DNA of 64,000 nucleotides from an uncultured Gammaproteobacteria bacterium. GTDB lineage: Bacteria > Pseudomonadota > Gammaproteobacteria > Chromatiales > Chromatiaceae. Of this stretch, positions 48,473-59,395 are shown piece by piece; position 1 is the first letter of the stretch, and each line of letters starts with the position of its first letter. Location of the stretch: assembly GCA_963698355.1 (NCBI GenBank), contig CAVOQO010000076.1:42420-106419 (forward strand), given 5' to 3'. Below the pieces are notes generated by a model. The model made no database searches. It was given only the letters and a program-made list of their open reading frames with translations, and had not been told where the DNA came from. The translations under genes were made by a program, and so were the position numbers.

Positions 48473-49804
48473 GTGAATGACTTGAACGCAGGGAGCCCGC
48501 AGCTCCGAATCGGCGAACCACAAGACCCGCTCGCTGCCTATGCGCGCCTGGCGCCAAGGCCCACGTGCATCGAAGACACCGGGCTGTCGCGGCAATTCCT
48601 GTCGGATCTCATCGCCAAGCACCTCGCCGTCGCCGGCGTGTTGGATTTGGTCTCGCTGTCCAAGCGACTCGGTTTGCCGGCTTCGATCGTCGAGGACGTG
48701 CTCAACTTCATGCGCACCGAGGGCATCGCCGAGCTGCGCGCCCGCCGTGACGACAGCCTGCTGCTTCGATTCGGGCTCACGGACCGGGGCCGCGCGCTGG
48801 CCGCAGACGCCGCCCAGCGCGATGGCTTCGTCGGCTACGCGCCCGTTCCGCTCGAGCAGTACAGCCGACTGGTTCGTGAGCAATCCGTCAGCAACTCGCC
48901 GGTCACTCGGAACCAGGTTCACCAAGCCTTCTCCGACACCATCATCAAGCCGGAGCTCCTGGATCGGCTCGGACCGGCCATGACCTCCGGCCGTTCACTC
49001 TTCATCTACGGCGAGCCCGGCACGGGGAAGAGCTACATTGCCCGGCGCCTGACCCGGTTGCTCGGCCCCCCGGTCATCCTGCCCCACGCCATCATTGTGG
49101 GCGAGAGCGTCATTCAATATTTCGACCCCGCCACACACCACCCGGTACCACAGCCAGCCAGAGCAACGAGCTCTGCCGTACTCGGCGAGGGAATCGACGA
49201 GCGATTCATTCTGTGCGAGCGGCCGTACGTCTCCAGCGGCGGCGAGCTCACCATCGACATGCTCGACCTGCAGTACGATCCCGCCACCCGCCGCTACGTC
49301 GCCCCCCTGCAGATGCGGGCCAACATGGGGATGCTGCTGATCGACGACCTCGGGAGGCAGCGGGTCTCCACCGTCGATCTGTTCAACCGCTGGATCGTTC
49401 CCCTGGAGGAAAAGCGCGATCAGCTGACATTAAATACGGGCCAGCATTTCTCCATACCCTTCGACCTCGTGCTCGTCTTCTCGACCAATCTCGACCCCCA
49501 CAAGTTGGCGGACGACGCCTTCCTGCGCCGCATCGGGTACAAGATCCATTTCGAAACCTCGACGCCCTCGGACTACACGGCGATTTGGCGTCAGTTCTGT
49601 GAACAAAATGGAATCGACTACAACCCAGATGTGGTCAACTATGTCTTGAACGAGTTGTACCCCCATCGCAATGCGCCGAGGCTGGCGTGTCATCCTCGCG
49701 ACCTGCTTGGGCTTGCGCTTGACCAGACGCGATACACGGGCCAGGGAACGATTGGCATGGACGCCATTCAATGGGCCTGGCGCAACTACTTTGTTGAAAT
49801 CTAA
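48473..49804 (+). CDS. AAA-type ATPase of Tad loci (not a TadA/CpaF)
   Basis: Walker A GEPGTGKS, Walker B LLIDD, FSTN, AFLRRI and HPRDL. Confidence 0.8.
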   Translation: MNDLNAGSPQLRIGEPQDPLAAYARLAPRPTCIEDTGLSRQFLSDLIAKHLAVAGVLDLVSLSKRLGLPASIVEDVLNFMRTEGIAELRARRDDSLLLRFGLTDRGRALAADAAQRDGFVGYAPVPLEQYSRLVREQSVSNSPVTRNQVHQAFSDTIIKPELLDRLGPAMTSGRSLFIYGEPGTGKSYIARRLTRLLGPPVILPHAIIVGESVIQYFDPATHHPVPQPARATSSAVLGEGIDERFILCERPYVSSGGELTIDMLDLQYDPATRRYVAPLQMRANMGMLLIDDLGRQRVSTVDLFNRWIVPLEEKRDQLTLNTGQHFSIPFDLVLVFSTNLDPHKLADDAFLRRIGYKIHFETSTPSDYTAIWRQFCEQNGIDYNPDVVNYVLNELYPHRNAPRLACHPRDLLGLALDQTRYTGQGTIGMDAIQWAWRNYFVEI

Positions 49805-49818
49805 ACCGAGCGACAGCG

Positions 49819-50599
49819 ATGAAAACTCAGTGGATCCTGCCCATCATCATCTCCTTGGTGCTGGCCGTCGTCGCGGCCAAGTTTGCTGACAACTGGATCA
49901 CGAACCGGCTCGACGGCAGCCGCACCGACGAGTACGAATCTGTTCCCGGTGGTGGCCGCCGCCACGCCCATCCCCGCCGGAACCAAGGTGGAGCCAGTGC
50001 ACATCAAAGTGGTTCGATCTACCTGAGGAGGCAAAGCCGCCCGGCAGTTACGCTGACCCGAACGAGCTGATCGGGCAGGTCGCGAAGCAGTCCGTTTATA
50101 CCGGAGAGATCATCGTCAACGAGCGGTTCGCCAACAGTCCGGGCGCGAGCGCCCTGGCCGCGATCATCCCCGAAGGAAAGCGGGCCATCACGGTGGCAGT
50201 GAACGATGTGGTCGGTGTTGCCGGGTTCATCCTCCCAGGGAGCCGGGTTGACATCATCGCGTCCGAGGGAGGCCAACCGAAGACAATCCTTCAAAATATC
50301 AAGGTTCTGGCCATCGGACAGAGCGTCAGCCAGGAGAAGAACGATCCCGTCCAGGTCAGCGTGGTGACGCTGGAGGTGGATCCAGTTCAGGCGGAGATCG
50401 TTGCCAAAGCCCAGGGTCTCAGGCTCACGCTGCGCAATCCGGTCGATTCGATTCTGGTCGCGGAGAAACAAGAGATCAAGCCGCTTTGGCCGAAAAGGCC
50501 GAAGCCCAAGCAGCACCGGCGCCGGTGCAGCGCGACGCGCTCTATGCCGTGGATGTCGTCCGTGGGACGGCGGTCACAACGACGACCATGGATTACTAG
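49819..50599 (+). CDS. cpaB: Flp pilus assembly protein CpaB/RcpC, frameshifted
   Basis: IPEGKRAITVAVNDVVGVAGFILPGSRVDI, LQNIKVLAIGQ and VTLEV. Confidence 0.85.
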
Positions 50600-50667
50600 G
50601 CGAGGTTCACAGTAATTTCCGGCTGAGAGTCGTGTAAAAGGGTAGCGTCAGCCCACTAGCGGGGTCA

Positions 50668-50750
50668 CCCCCACCCCGGCCCTCCCCCTCAGGGGAGGGA
50701 GAACAAGCGGACTCTCCCACGCAAAGGGTAATGGCTCTCAGTAGGGAGAG
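50668..50750. repeat. Short CCCTCCCC...GGGGAGGG palindromic intergenic element
   Basis: Hairpin at 50680-50699 preceded by CCCCCACCCCGG; second weaker CTCTCCC...GGGAGAG pair. Confidence 0.45.
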
Positions 50751-50912
50751 GACTAGCTGAGCTCTGCCAGGGGGAGCGAAATGAGTGGAGCGCGGTTCGG
50801 GGAGTTCTGGCAGCACGGCGCTTTCCCAACTTCGACAGCCAACGCGGTCATCGTATCCGTATCAGTAGGTACACGGTAATCGCGGCTCAATCATTCGTAA
50901 GGGAGAGGACAG

Positions 50913-52446
50913 GTGAAAACAGACTGGCCAACGGGTCCCAAGCGCACAATCGAGACCAAAGAGCATGCTCGGGGAATGATTGGAGGACGCCGCGCCCGCG
51001 GCCTCCGAAAGGCCGCTGTAGTCGCCCTCGCGGCGCTGATCACCGCAGGCGTTGGGCCGGCCGTCTCGGATGGGTACGGATATCGTTCGGCCAGCCCAAC
51101 GCAGGACCGGAAGGTGATTCAGGTCCCGATCAACAAGTCGCGGATCGTCGACCTGCGCTCCCCCGTGACGCGCGTCTCGGTGGCAAACCCGGCCATCGCC
51201 GACATTCTCGTGGTCAACCCCGAGCAGATCTATGTGGTCGGCAAGGAGCTCGGCACCACCAACATGACCCTGTGGGACGAGGACGACCGCGTAAAGGACA
51301 TGATGGGCCTCGAGGTCACTCACGACATCCAGACCCTGAAGGAAAAGATGTTCCGCTACCTGCCGGGTGAAAACGTCCGCGTCGAGTCATCTCAGGGTGC
51401 GATCGCGCTCAGCGGCGAGGTATCCAGCGCCACCCGAATGGACGCCGCGTTGAGGCTCGCGGAGACCTATTCCGCCGGCGGCAAGGTCATCAATCTCATG
51501 CAGGTCGGCGGAGCCCAGCAGGTCATGCTGGAGGTGCGGGTCGCGGAGATCTCGCGCAGCTTCGTCAAGAACCTTGATGTGAAATTCAAGGGCCTTTACG
51601 ACGGCGGCAGCGTCAAGATGGGCTTGGTCAACGGCGGCGCGTTAATTAATGGCACGCCCGCCGACGTCGGTAACGCGATCACGCCACGCTTTCCCGTCGT
51701 CGCCCCGGGCGCCGGGCTCATCTCGGACACGGGCATCTTCGGCCAATTCCTACAGGGGAACTTCTTCTTCAACATGGTTCTCGATGCCGCGCAGAACCAA
51801 GGGCTGGCGCGAATTCTCGCCGAGCCGAATCTGACGACGCTCAGCGGCCAGGAGGCCAAGTTCCTGGCGGGTGGAGAGTTTCCGATTCCAGTTCCACAGA
51901 ATTCCGGTGGTGGGACTACGATCACGGTCGAATACAAGGACTACGGCGTTGGCTTGGCGTTCGTCCCCCTCGTCCTCGATTCCGGGCTCATCAGCCTGAA
52001 CGTCAATGTATCGGTTTCCGAGATCACTAGCCAAAATGCCGTAGTGCTACGACAGCTACGTCGTCCCGTCGCTGACCAAGCGCGCCGCCACCTCGTCCGT
52101 CGAGGTGCCCGCCGGGCAGACCATCGCCATCGCCGGACTGCTCAACGACCAGCTGCGCGAAGGCGTCAGCAAGTTCCCGGGACTCGGCGAGGTACCAATC
52201 CTCGGCGCACTCTTCCGGAGCCAGCAGTATCAAAAGGACCAAACGGAGCTGGTGATCTTCGTGACGCCCCGTTTGGCGCGGTCCTACAGCCCAGAGGTGG
52301 TCACCCTGCCGACCGACGGCTTCGTGGAGCCAAGCGACACGGAATTCTATCTACTCGGCCGACTCCAAGGGCGTAAGCCTGGGGACAGCTCAGTCCTCGG
52401 CCCGGACAAGCGAGGGTCCGAGGGAGCTTTCGGGCACGATCTGTAA
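50913..52446 (+). CDS. cpaC: Tad secretin CpaC/RcpA, frameshifted near 52050
   Basis: VSVANPAIAD, QQVMLEVRVAE, LAEPNLTTLSGQEAKFLAGGEFPIP, then PGLGEVPILGALFRS and ELVIFVTP in another frame. Confidence 0.9.
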
Positions 52447-52463
52447 AACAGCGAGGGACGAAA

Positions 52464-52676
52464 ATGACAACTTCCAGTATGCGAATCCCTGCCGTCGCCC
52501 GTTGCCTGTTGCCGGCCGGCGCCCTGCTGCTCGGGGCCTGCGCGAACTACCCCGAGCCGGACAACATCCGGTTCGGAGAATCCGTGCAGCATATGATGTA
52601 TCTTCAGACGACCGACGCCAACGCAGCGACCACCCCGAGCCTCAACGCTGAAAAGGTGGAAAGCGCGCTGAAGGAG
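52464..52676 (+). CDS. Tad-associated lipoprotein, truncated at the junction
   Basis: Lipobox LGAC, FGESVQHM..QT; the reading frame runs into foreign DNA after KVESALKE. Confidence 0.65.
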
Positions 52677-53226
52677 CCGGTATTGAAAAAGTTCTCGCCC
52701 TGTGGGTGCGCACTGGTTTGTGTTGTCAGTGAATGCACGAAACAAAAATCGTCGACCATCCCCGCCAGGTTCGGCAGCAAGTCGGAAACCATCTTGCCGG
52801 ATTCGCCGCGAGGTTTGAAATCCCAAAACGGTTTGGCGATGTTGCCCGTCGGTCCTTCGAAAGTGACAGCGGGAATCCCCGGCGGCTTTTGTCCGTGCAG
52901 TTTGTAGAGGTCAGGTTTGTAGTCGAACGTGTCGACGTGGCTAACCGCGCCCGGGCAATAGATGACCAGCACCTGTTTGGCCGGCATTGCGAAGTGCGGT
53001 GGTCGGCGGCATACGGATTGTTCTCATCGATCAGCGGACGAATCGGGCCTGTGCGTGAGCCGTAGCTGCCAGCAAGCGGATCACTGGCCAACAATTGTGA
53101 CAGTGCAATCGCCCCCATCGACATACCGGACTGTCCAAGGAAACCTCGTCGGTCCAGCATTGATCGACCGATGGGCGATAGTTCTTCAGGATTATGATCT
53201 GTCCTTTTTCGTTTCTTCATCATCAA
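52677..53226 (-). CDS. DUF1501 protein (Planctomycetota type), frameshifted and 3' truncated at the junction
   Basis: Tat-like DRRGFL, AKQVLVIYCPGAVSHVDTFDYKP, SDLLPNL and AHPQG..FFNTG. Confidence 0.85.
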
Positions 53227-53253
53227 CCGAAGCGTAACCTTAAGGTTGCGGAT

Positions 53254-55973
53254 TTACGGCAGGAACGCAAACTCGTTGGTGTTGATTAGAGTGCGACAAA
53301 ACAGGTGGAGGCTTTGGGAACTGGCAAAACGAGACTGCGGCAAGTTCTTCTTTGCTCGGCGATCGTTGCAACAGCAATTGGAAGCAACGATCGACCTGCG
53401 ACTTCAGTTGTTCGCCGGCTTCATCTTTTGCTCGTTCTGCCAGCAGCTTGGATTGCGAGACGACAAAGTCGCTGTTCATCAGGTTGAGAGCTTGCAGTGG
53501 CGTGGTTGACACGGGTCGTTTGGCTCGGATTTGACCGCAGTCCGGGAAATCGAACGCGGTAAAGATGCGATCGTCGACGCGTCGCATGCGTTCTTGATAC
53601 AACATTCGCCGCCACGTTGATCGAGTAATTGTCGACGACTTCCCACTGCGCATATCGCTGCTTGACGTCGTGAATGCGATAGCTGGGACCGCCAATTATT
53701 GTCCAGATGGCCTGATGCCAACAGTACGTTGTCGCGGATCACTTCGGCCTCGACACGTCGCGGCGGAAATCGCCACAACAGTTGTGCCGACGAGTCTTTC
53801 GCCAAGCCGACTTCTTTGGGGCAGACGATTGGCGGAATCCTCGTGACATCACGATCATGCGAATCATGTCTTTGATCGACTAACCGGACTCGATGAATTG
53901 ATCGGCCAACCAATCCAGAAGTTCCGGATGTGTCGGCGAGGCACCGGCTTTTCCGAAATCGCTCGGCGTCGGCACGATTCCGCTGCCGAAGATGTGGTGC
54001 CAAATTCGGTTCGCCATCACGCGCGCCGTGAGCGGATTTTCAGGAGCGACCAACCATTCGGCGAATGCCTTACGACGTTCGGCACCGGGGCTGTCCGGCC
54101 GAACGTTGAGCTCTCCGTCCAGCGATTGGAGCGGATGCGACAACACGATCTCGGGGACTCTCGGGACTGCCACGAGCGAGCACGAAGGTTTCGACGGGTT
54201 CGACGAATCGAGCCACGAACGCGGGCTGTGGACCTTCGACCAACAACGCCGCGATGATGTCTTGAATCTGTGTTGGATAGCCTGTCGTTGCTGGTTGTCC
54301 TTCGATTTCGTTGCTTCATCGCCGCGGTCGAGGCGAATGGTTGCCAGTTTCCGTCGGCATCCCGAAGCTCGATCTTGAAGTCACCGTAATGGACTTGTTC
54401 ATGCCGTCCATGTAGTCGGTTTCAAGAAAATCTTCTCGGTTGGAACTGACTCGAAGTCGGTTCAACGGTGACCGCTCCGGGAAATCGAACTGAAGCCACG
54501 GTTTTTCCTGACTCTCTTTGGGACTGACCTGGCCAATCCTTGGCGCCAAAGACCCCATTGATCAGATTCGCGGTCGGCTGCGAGATGACTGCGTCACTGG
54601 ATTGTCCGAGATCACGGAACCGAGACTCGGATGACAGTCCGTTGCGTTGATGATCGCCGGACTCGAGAATCTCCAGTTCGTCCATCATCACCCATCTGCC
54701 GTCAAACGAGACTCGCAAGGCTTCGACGGTTTCGGTGGAAAATGAACTTCTTGAAAGCCCGTCCAATCCTCCGCCCACGCCCAACCCTTCGATCGCATCT
54801 GACGGCGAAGTGATGCGAGTTCGCTGCGGAGCTCGCTTTTCGCGAACCACGCGGGGATGATCGTCATCCAATTCGGGATACCGACTGCCAAACTCGACGT
54901 CCTGAAACACCGCGGACATCGAGTAGTAGTCGTGGATCGAGATCGGGTCGAACTTGTGGTTGTGACAACGGGCGCAACCGATCGTCATGCCCATCACGGA
55001 CGCTCCGACCGTTTGCAAGACTTCGTCCATGCGATCGGCGCGGGCTTGGCGACTTGCCGCTGGTTCTTGTCCGACTGTCGCGGCTGGAACATGCGGACCG
55101 GCAACGAGAAAACCGGTTGCGTCGCCAGCCCCATCGCGTCGCCGGCGAGTTGTTCGCGAACGAATTGATCGTACGGTTTGTCTTCGTTGAACGCATTAAC
55201 GACGTAGTCGCGATACATCCAAGCATTCTTGCGATACAGATTACTTTCGCTGCCATTGGTTTCGGCCCAGCGAATCACGTCGAGCCAGTGCTGGGCCCAA
55301 CGCTCGCCAAAATGCGGTGACGCCAAGAGTTCGTCGACGAGCGATTCGTAGGCCGCACTCGCATCCTTCTCGAACGCAGCAATGAAGTCGTCCGTTCGCT
55401 CGGGCGTGGGGGCGAGTCCCGTCAGCACAATCGATACTCGTCGAATCAGCGATCGAGGATCGGCAGGCTCGGAAAAATCAAGTCCGTATTCGACGAGCTT
55501 GCTTCTCAGGAAGTCGTCAATGCTGTGGTGATCGAACGCTTTCTGCAGCGGCAAAAATGCCCAGTGGTCCACTGCTTCCTCGTCCACGTCATCCATCTGG
55601 CCGGGCCAGATTGCACCTTCCTTGATCCAGCGAGTCAGTAGCTCGATTTCTTCGGCGGGAAGCTTGTCTTCGTCTGGCGGCATCGCCCTATCCGGATCGA
55701 CATGGTTGATGACTTCGATCAGATAGCTCTTTCAGGCTTGCCGGGCACGATGACGGATAGTCCGGAGTTACCGCCACGAAGCATGTTGCCACGACGATCC
55801 AGTCGCAGACCAGATTCTTGTTCGTCTTCGCCGTGGCAGTACCAGCATTGCTTTTCCAGAATCGGAGGATGTCACTTTCGAAGTCGATTTCATCTGCCGC
55901 TTGGACGAACGCCAAAGCACGCAAAAGCGCCGCACAAAGCACACGGCAATGCAATAAGTCTTGTGAATTTCAT
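53254..55973 (-). CDS. Planctomycete cytochrome c / DUF1549 / DUF1553 (PSD1) protein, many frameshifts
   Basis: [67 protein letters not shown] and terminal NEFAFLP. Confidence 0.85.
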
Positions 55974-56010
55974 TTCTGGATCTGCGATCAAATGACGTAT
56001 CAAGATTTTG

Positions 56011-57632
56011 CTAAAGTGCGGCCTTCCAGCCGCGGGAAAGTTGCTCCGTGAGTGCTGCCACCACGTCAGGATGATCCGCTGCGACATTCTTCGTTTCGTC
56101 GGGATCGGTTTAGTGATCGTACAGCTCGACAAAGAGTGGCTCGGCTTCGGCATCGCGATGGTTACGCCACACCACCAGCCGGTACCGATCGGTACGCATG
56201 GTGTAACCCATCAAGTGTTGCTCGAACAACTCGCGATCCCATTTGTCGCCCTGCTGGGCAATGATGCGACCTTCGACCTCTTGGATCAGCGGTCCGAACC
56301 AGGTTTCACGCATGCCGGGCGACAACGGATTCGCCGCCCATTCGCGAAGCGCCGGATTCGGGTATTGACTGAAGGCAGCCTTTTTCCAGGCTTGGTGGGG
56401 TTCATCCAGAAGCGGCACAAAGCTGTGTCCTTCGACGTGATCGGGAATCGGCAATCCGGCCAATTCGCAAAGCGTTGGGTAGATGTCGACCAACTCGACG
56501 AGTGCCTCTGTTGTTTCGCCGCGAGTTTTCATGTTCGGCGTCCAGATCATCAGCGGCACGCGGGTCGCGATTTCGTAATTCGTCGCTTTTCCCCAGACGC
56601 CCATGTCACCGAGGTGCCAACCGTGGTCGCCCCAGACAACGATGATCGTGTTGTCGCGAACACCTGCCTCTTCGAGCGCCTGACCATCAGTCCGATTTGC
56701 GCGTCGACATAACTCACGCACGCCAGGTAAGCGTGCTTGAGGGTTCGTGCCAATTCTCCGTCGATGGGTCCTGTCTTGGGAATGCCTGCTCGCGTGCGAA
56801 GCTCGAACGAAGCGTGCAGGCCCATCGCCGCACCACCAGCCGGCGCATCGGTGTCGGTCGCCATCGGTATCTGATCACGATCGTACAGGTCCCAATACTT
56901 TTTCGGTGCGGTCCAGTTCAGATGCGGCTTTTTGAATCCCAATGCGAGAAAAAATGGCTTTGCATCCTTACCGTCCTTAACCAGTTCTTTCAGCGTGGCG
57001 ATGGCACGTAGCGTGTCGTACCCATCACCGTAGGCATGATCAGGAACGTCAGCGTTTTCATAAGCGGGTCCGCTGGCCAGGCCTTGACGCGCCGCCTCGC
57101 CGTACTTTGCCAGCATCGCCTGCATGTCTTCACGCTGAATCTTGTTGTTCTCAGGGAGCGCGAACGGTGTGCTTGGTGGCTTGATTCCTTTAATCCACTT
57201 CACCGGACTGCGACTCCACGAGTTCTCCTCATCCGTGTCGCCATCATGAAAAATCTTTCCGAGGTAGACCGTCTCGTAACCGCCCGCGATAAAGTGCCGC
57301 GGCAGTGTGAGAATGTCCGGTTGAAGTTCTCGCAGTGAAACATAATTGTGAAAGAGTCCCGTCGTTTCCGGTCTCGCACCTGTCATCAAGCTCGCTCGCG
57401 ACGGGCGGCAGATCGCCTGCTGGCAGTAGGCTCGATTGAACAGCAGCCCATCCTTCGCCAGGGCATCAAGGTTTGGCGAAACGGCGATCGGTGATCCATA
57501 ACAGCCAAGTTCGGGTCGCAAATCATCGATCGCGATGAACAGGATATTGGGTCTGTCGGCAGCTTCGCTCTGAAATGCGAGCACAACCAGGAGGGCCAGC
57601 GTGAAGAGAGGTTTCATCGTGTAAGCCTTCAT
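56011..57632 (-). CDS. Sulfatase (iduronate-2-sulfatase-like), frameshifted
   Basis: PNILFIAIDDLR, CRPSR formylglycine motif, KPHL, WGDHGWHLG and ELVDIYPT. Confidence 0.9.
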
Positions 57633-57837
57633 CAATTGTTTTCCTAAGGTTTCGCGTCCACTGACTTCTTTGCAAACCAATCCTGTCGCTCTTTTCCCGA
57701 CGCGAGACCGTCGCGGTTGCCATCCTTGAGCAGCTTCGTGTGCAAGTTGCAGTCGATGCGATTGACGGGGAAGTGCGTCTTTGTTTCGACTTTGAACTCG
57801 ATGTTCTGCAACTCGATGATGTCGATTTCCGAGTAGG

Positions 57838-59271
57838 CTATTCAACCGAAAATGTCGAATCGTACTTGGGCATTCCCTGCTCGTTCCATGATTTTTCCGC
57901 TTGCTTGTTGTCGAACCACAGAGGCTGCGTGTGATGCTCGCTCCATTCGCCGGCCTCCAGGACCATCTGCTTGACGATCTCTGGATGTTGAGTGCTGACA
58001 TCGTTCGCTTCGCCGATATCTTCAACAAGATTGAACAGCCCCCACGGCGACTTCGGTCCACGCTTGGAGGCTTTCCATTCGTTTTTGCGGATTCCGACAT
58101 TGTGAAAACCATTCCAATGTCGAAGGGCGTAGATCGGCTGATCTTCTCGCGGACTGCTTCCGGAAAGAAACGCGTCCCAGATGTCGATTCCATCGAGTTG
58201 CTTGTCTGCAGGAATCGCCGCGCCGGCTAACCGCGCGAACGTGGGATAGAAGTCAAGCACCGTCACCGGATGGTCGCAACGCTTACCGGCGGGCACGGTG
58301 GATGGCCAATGGAAAAACATGGGGACTCGGATTCCGCCCTCGCAGATGCTTCCCTTACCCTCGCTGAGGGGTCCGTTGTTGGACCCGGCACCGATTTTTC
58401 CCCCGTTATCGCTCAGGAAGACGATCAGCGTGTTGTTAAATGCGTCGGTCTCCTTGAGTGCTTTCACTAAGTGGTCGACGCCTCGGTCCACTGCGTACAC
58501 CATGGCAGCGTAAGTGCGACGCTTTTCATCTTGGATGTTCGCAAACTTGGCGAGGTCCTCGTCTTTGGCCTCCAATGGCGTGTGCGGCGCGTTGTAGGCC
58601 AGATAGAGGAAGAAAGGCTTTTCTTTTGTCGCGGCTGCTTTCACAAATCGCACCGCTTCCCGCGAAAGTGCGTCCGTCATGTATTCGGTTTCTTCGACGG
58701 CGGTGCCGTTGTGCTGCAGTGGCACCATGTACTCATTGAAAACCTTATTCCCGGCGCGACTTTGACGTTCGTAGATTGGGCCGTACTTCTCCGGAAAATA
58801 CATGTGACCGCCTCCCAGGAATCCGTAGAAGTCGTCGAATCCACGTGCGTTGGGATGGAACTGGGGATCGATGCCCATGTGCCACTTACCGATTGCCCCG
58901 GTGTAGTAACCGGCGTTTTTCAGTGCCGTGCTGATCAGCGTTTCGCTGACCGGTATGCCTTGACGATTGTAGTCTTCGATTCCCAGTCCGCTGTTGGGCA
59001 GATTGAAGGGTGCTCCGAAGGTGTGAGGATAGCGACCCGACACCAACCCCATTCGACTGGGGCCGCAAAACGGATGGCAGACATAAGCCGACGTGAACAC
59101 CGTTCCGCTCTTGGCAAGCTGATCCAGTGCGGGAGTCGTGATGTCCGTCGAGCCGTTGAACCCGACGTCGGCGTAACCGAGGTCGTCGCAAAGAATGAGG
59201 ACAATGTTTGGTTGCGAGGAAAGTGCCGCGTCGGCGTGACAAATCGCGATTGTGAGGCACAACGCGATCAT
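57838..59271 (-). CDS. Sulfatase (arylsulfatase-like)
   Basis: PNIVLILCDDLGYAD, CGPSR, GKWH, APHTPL and SDNGG. Confidence 0.92.
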   Translation of the reverse strand: MIALCLTIAICHADAALSSQPNIVLILCDDLGYADVGFNGSTDITTPALDQLAKSGTVFTSAYVCHPFCGPSRMGLVSGRYPHTFGAPFNLPNSGLGIEDYNRQGIPVSETLISTALKNAGYYTGAIGKWHMGIDPQFHPNARGFDDFYGFLGGGHMYFPEKYGPIYERQSRAGNKVFNEYMVPLQHNGTAVEETEYMTDALSREAVRFVKAAATKEKPFFLYLAYNAPHTPLEAKDEDLAKFANIQDEKRRTYAAMVYAVDRGVDHLVKALKETDAFNNTLIVFLSDNGGKIGAGSNNGPLSEGKGSICEGGIRVPMFFHWPSTVPAGKRCDHPVTVLDFYPTFARLAGAAIPADKQLDGIDIWDAFLSGSSPREDQPIYALRHWNGFHNVGIRKNEWKASKRGPKSPWGLFNLVEDIGEANDVSTQHPEIVKQMVLEAGEWSEHHTQPLWFDNKQAEKSWNEQGMPKYDSTFSVE

Positions 59272-59395
59272 CACCCGAAGGGTGAGCAAAGAGCTGAGGG
59301 GCGTACTTCCAGCTGCCTCGCTGACGGCTTTTGAAGCTCCGCGATGACGAATGCGCACGACTTCAATACTCGCGTTTCGGGCTGAAATTCTATTT

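Noticed and set aside
52464-52907. 147-aa full-length lipoprotein
   Set aside because: The second half is antisense DUF1501 sequence beyond the junction.
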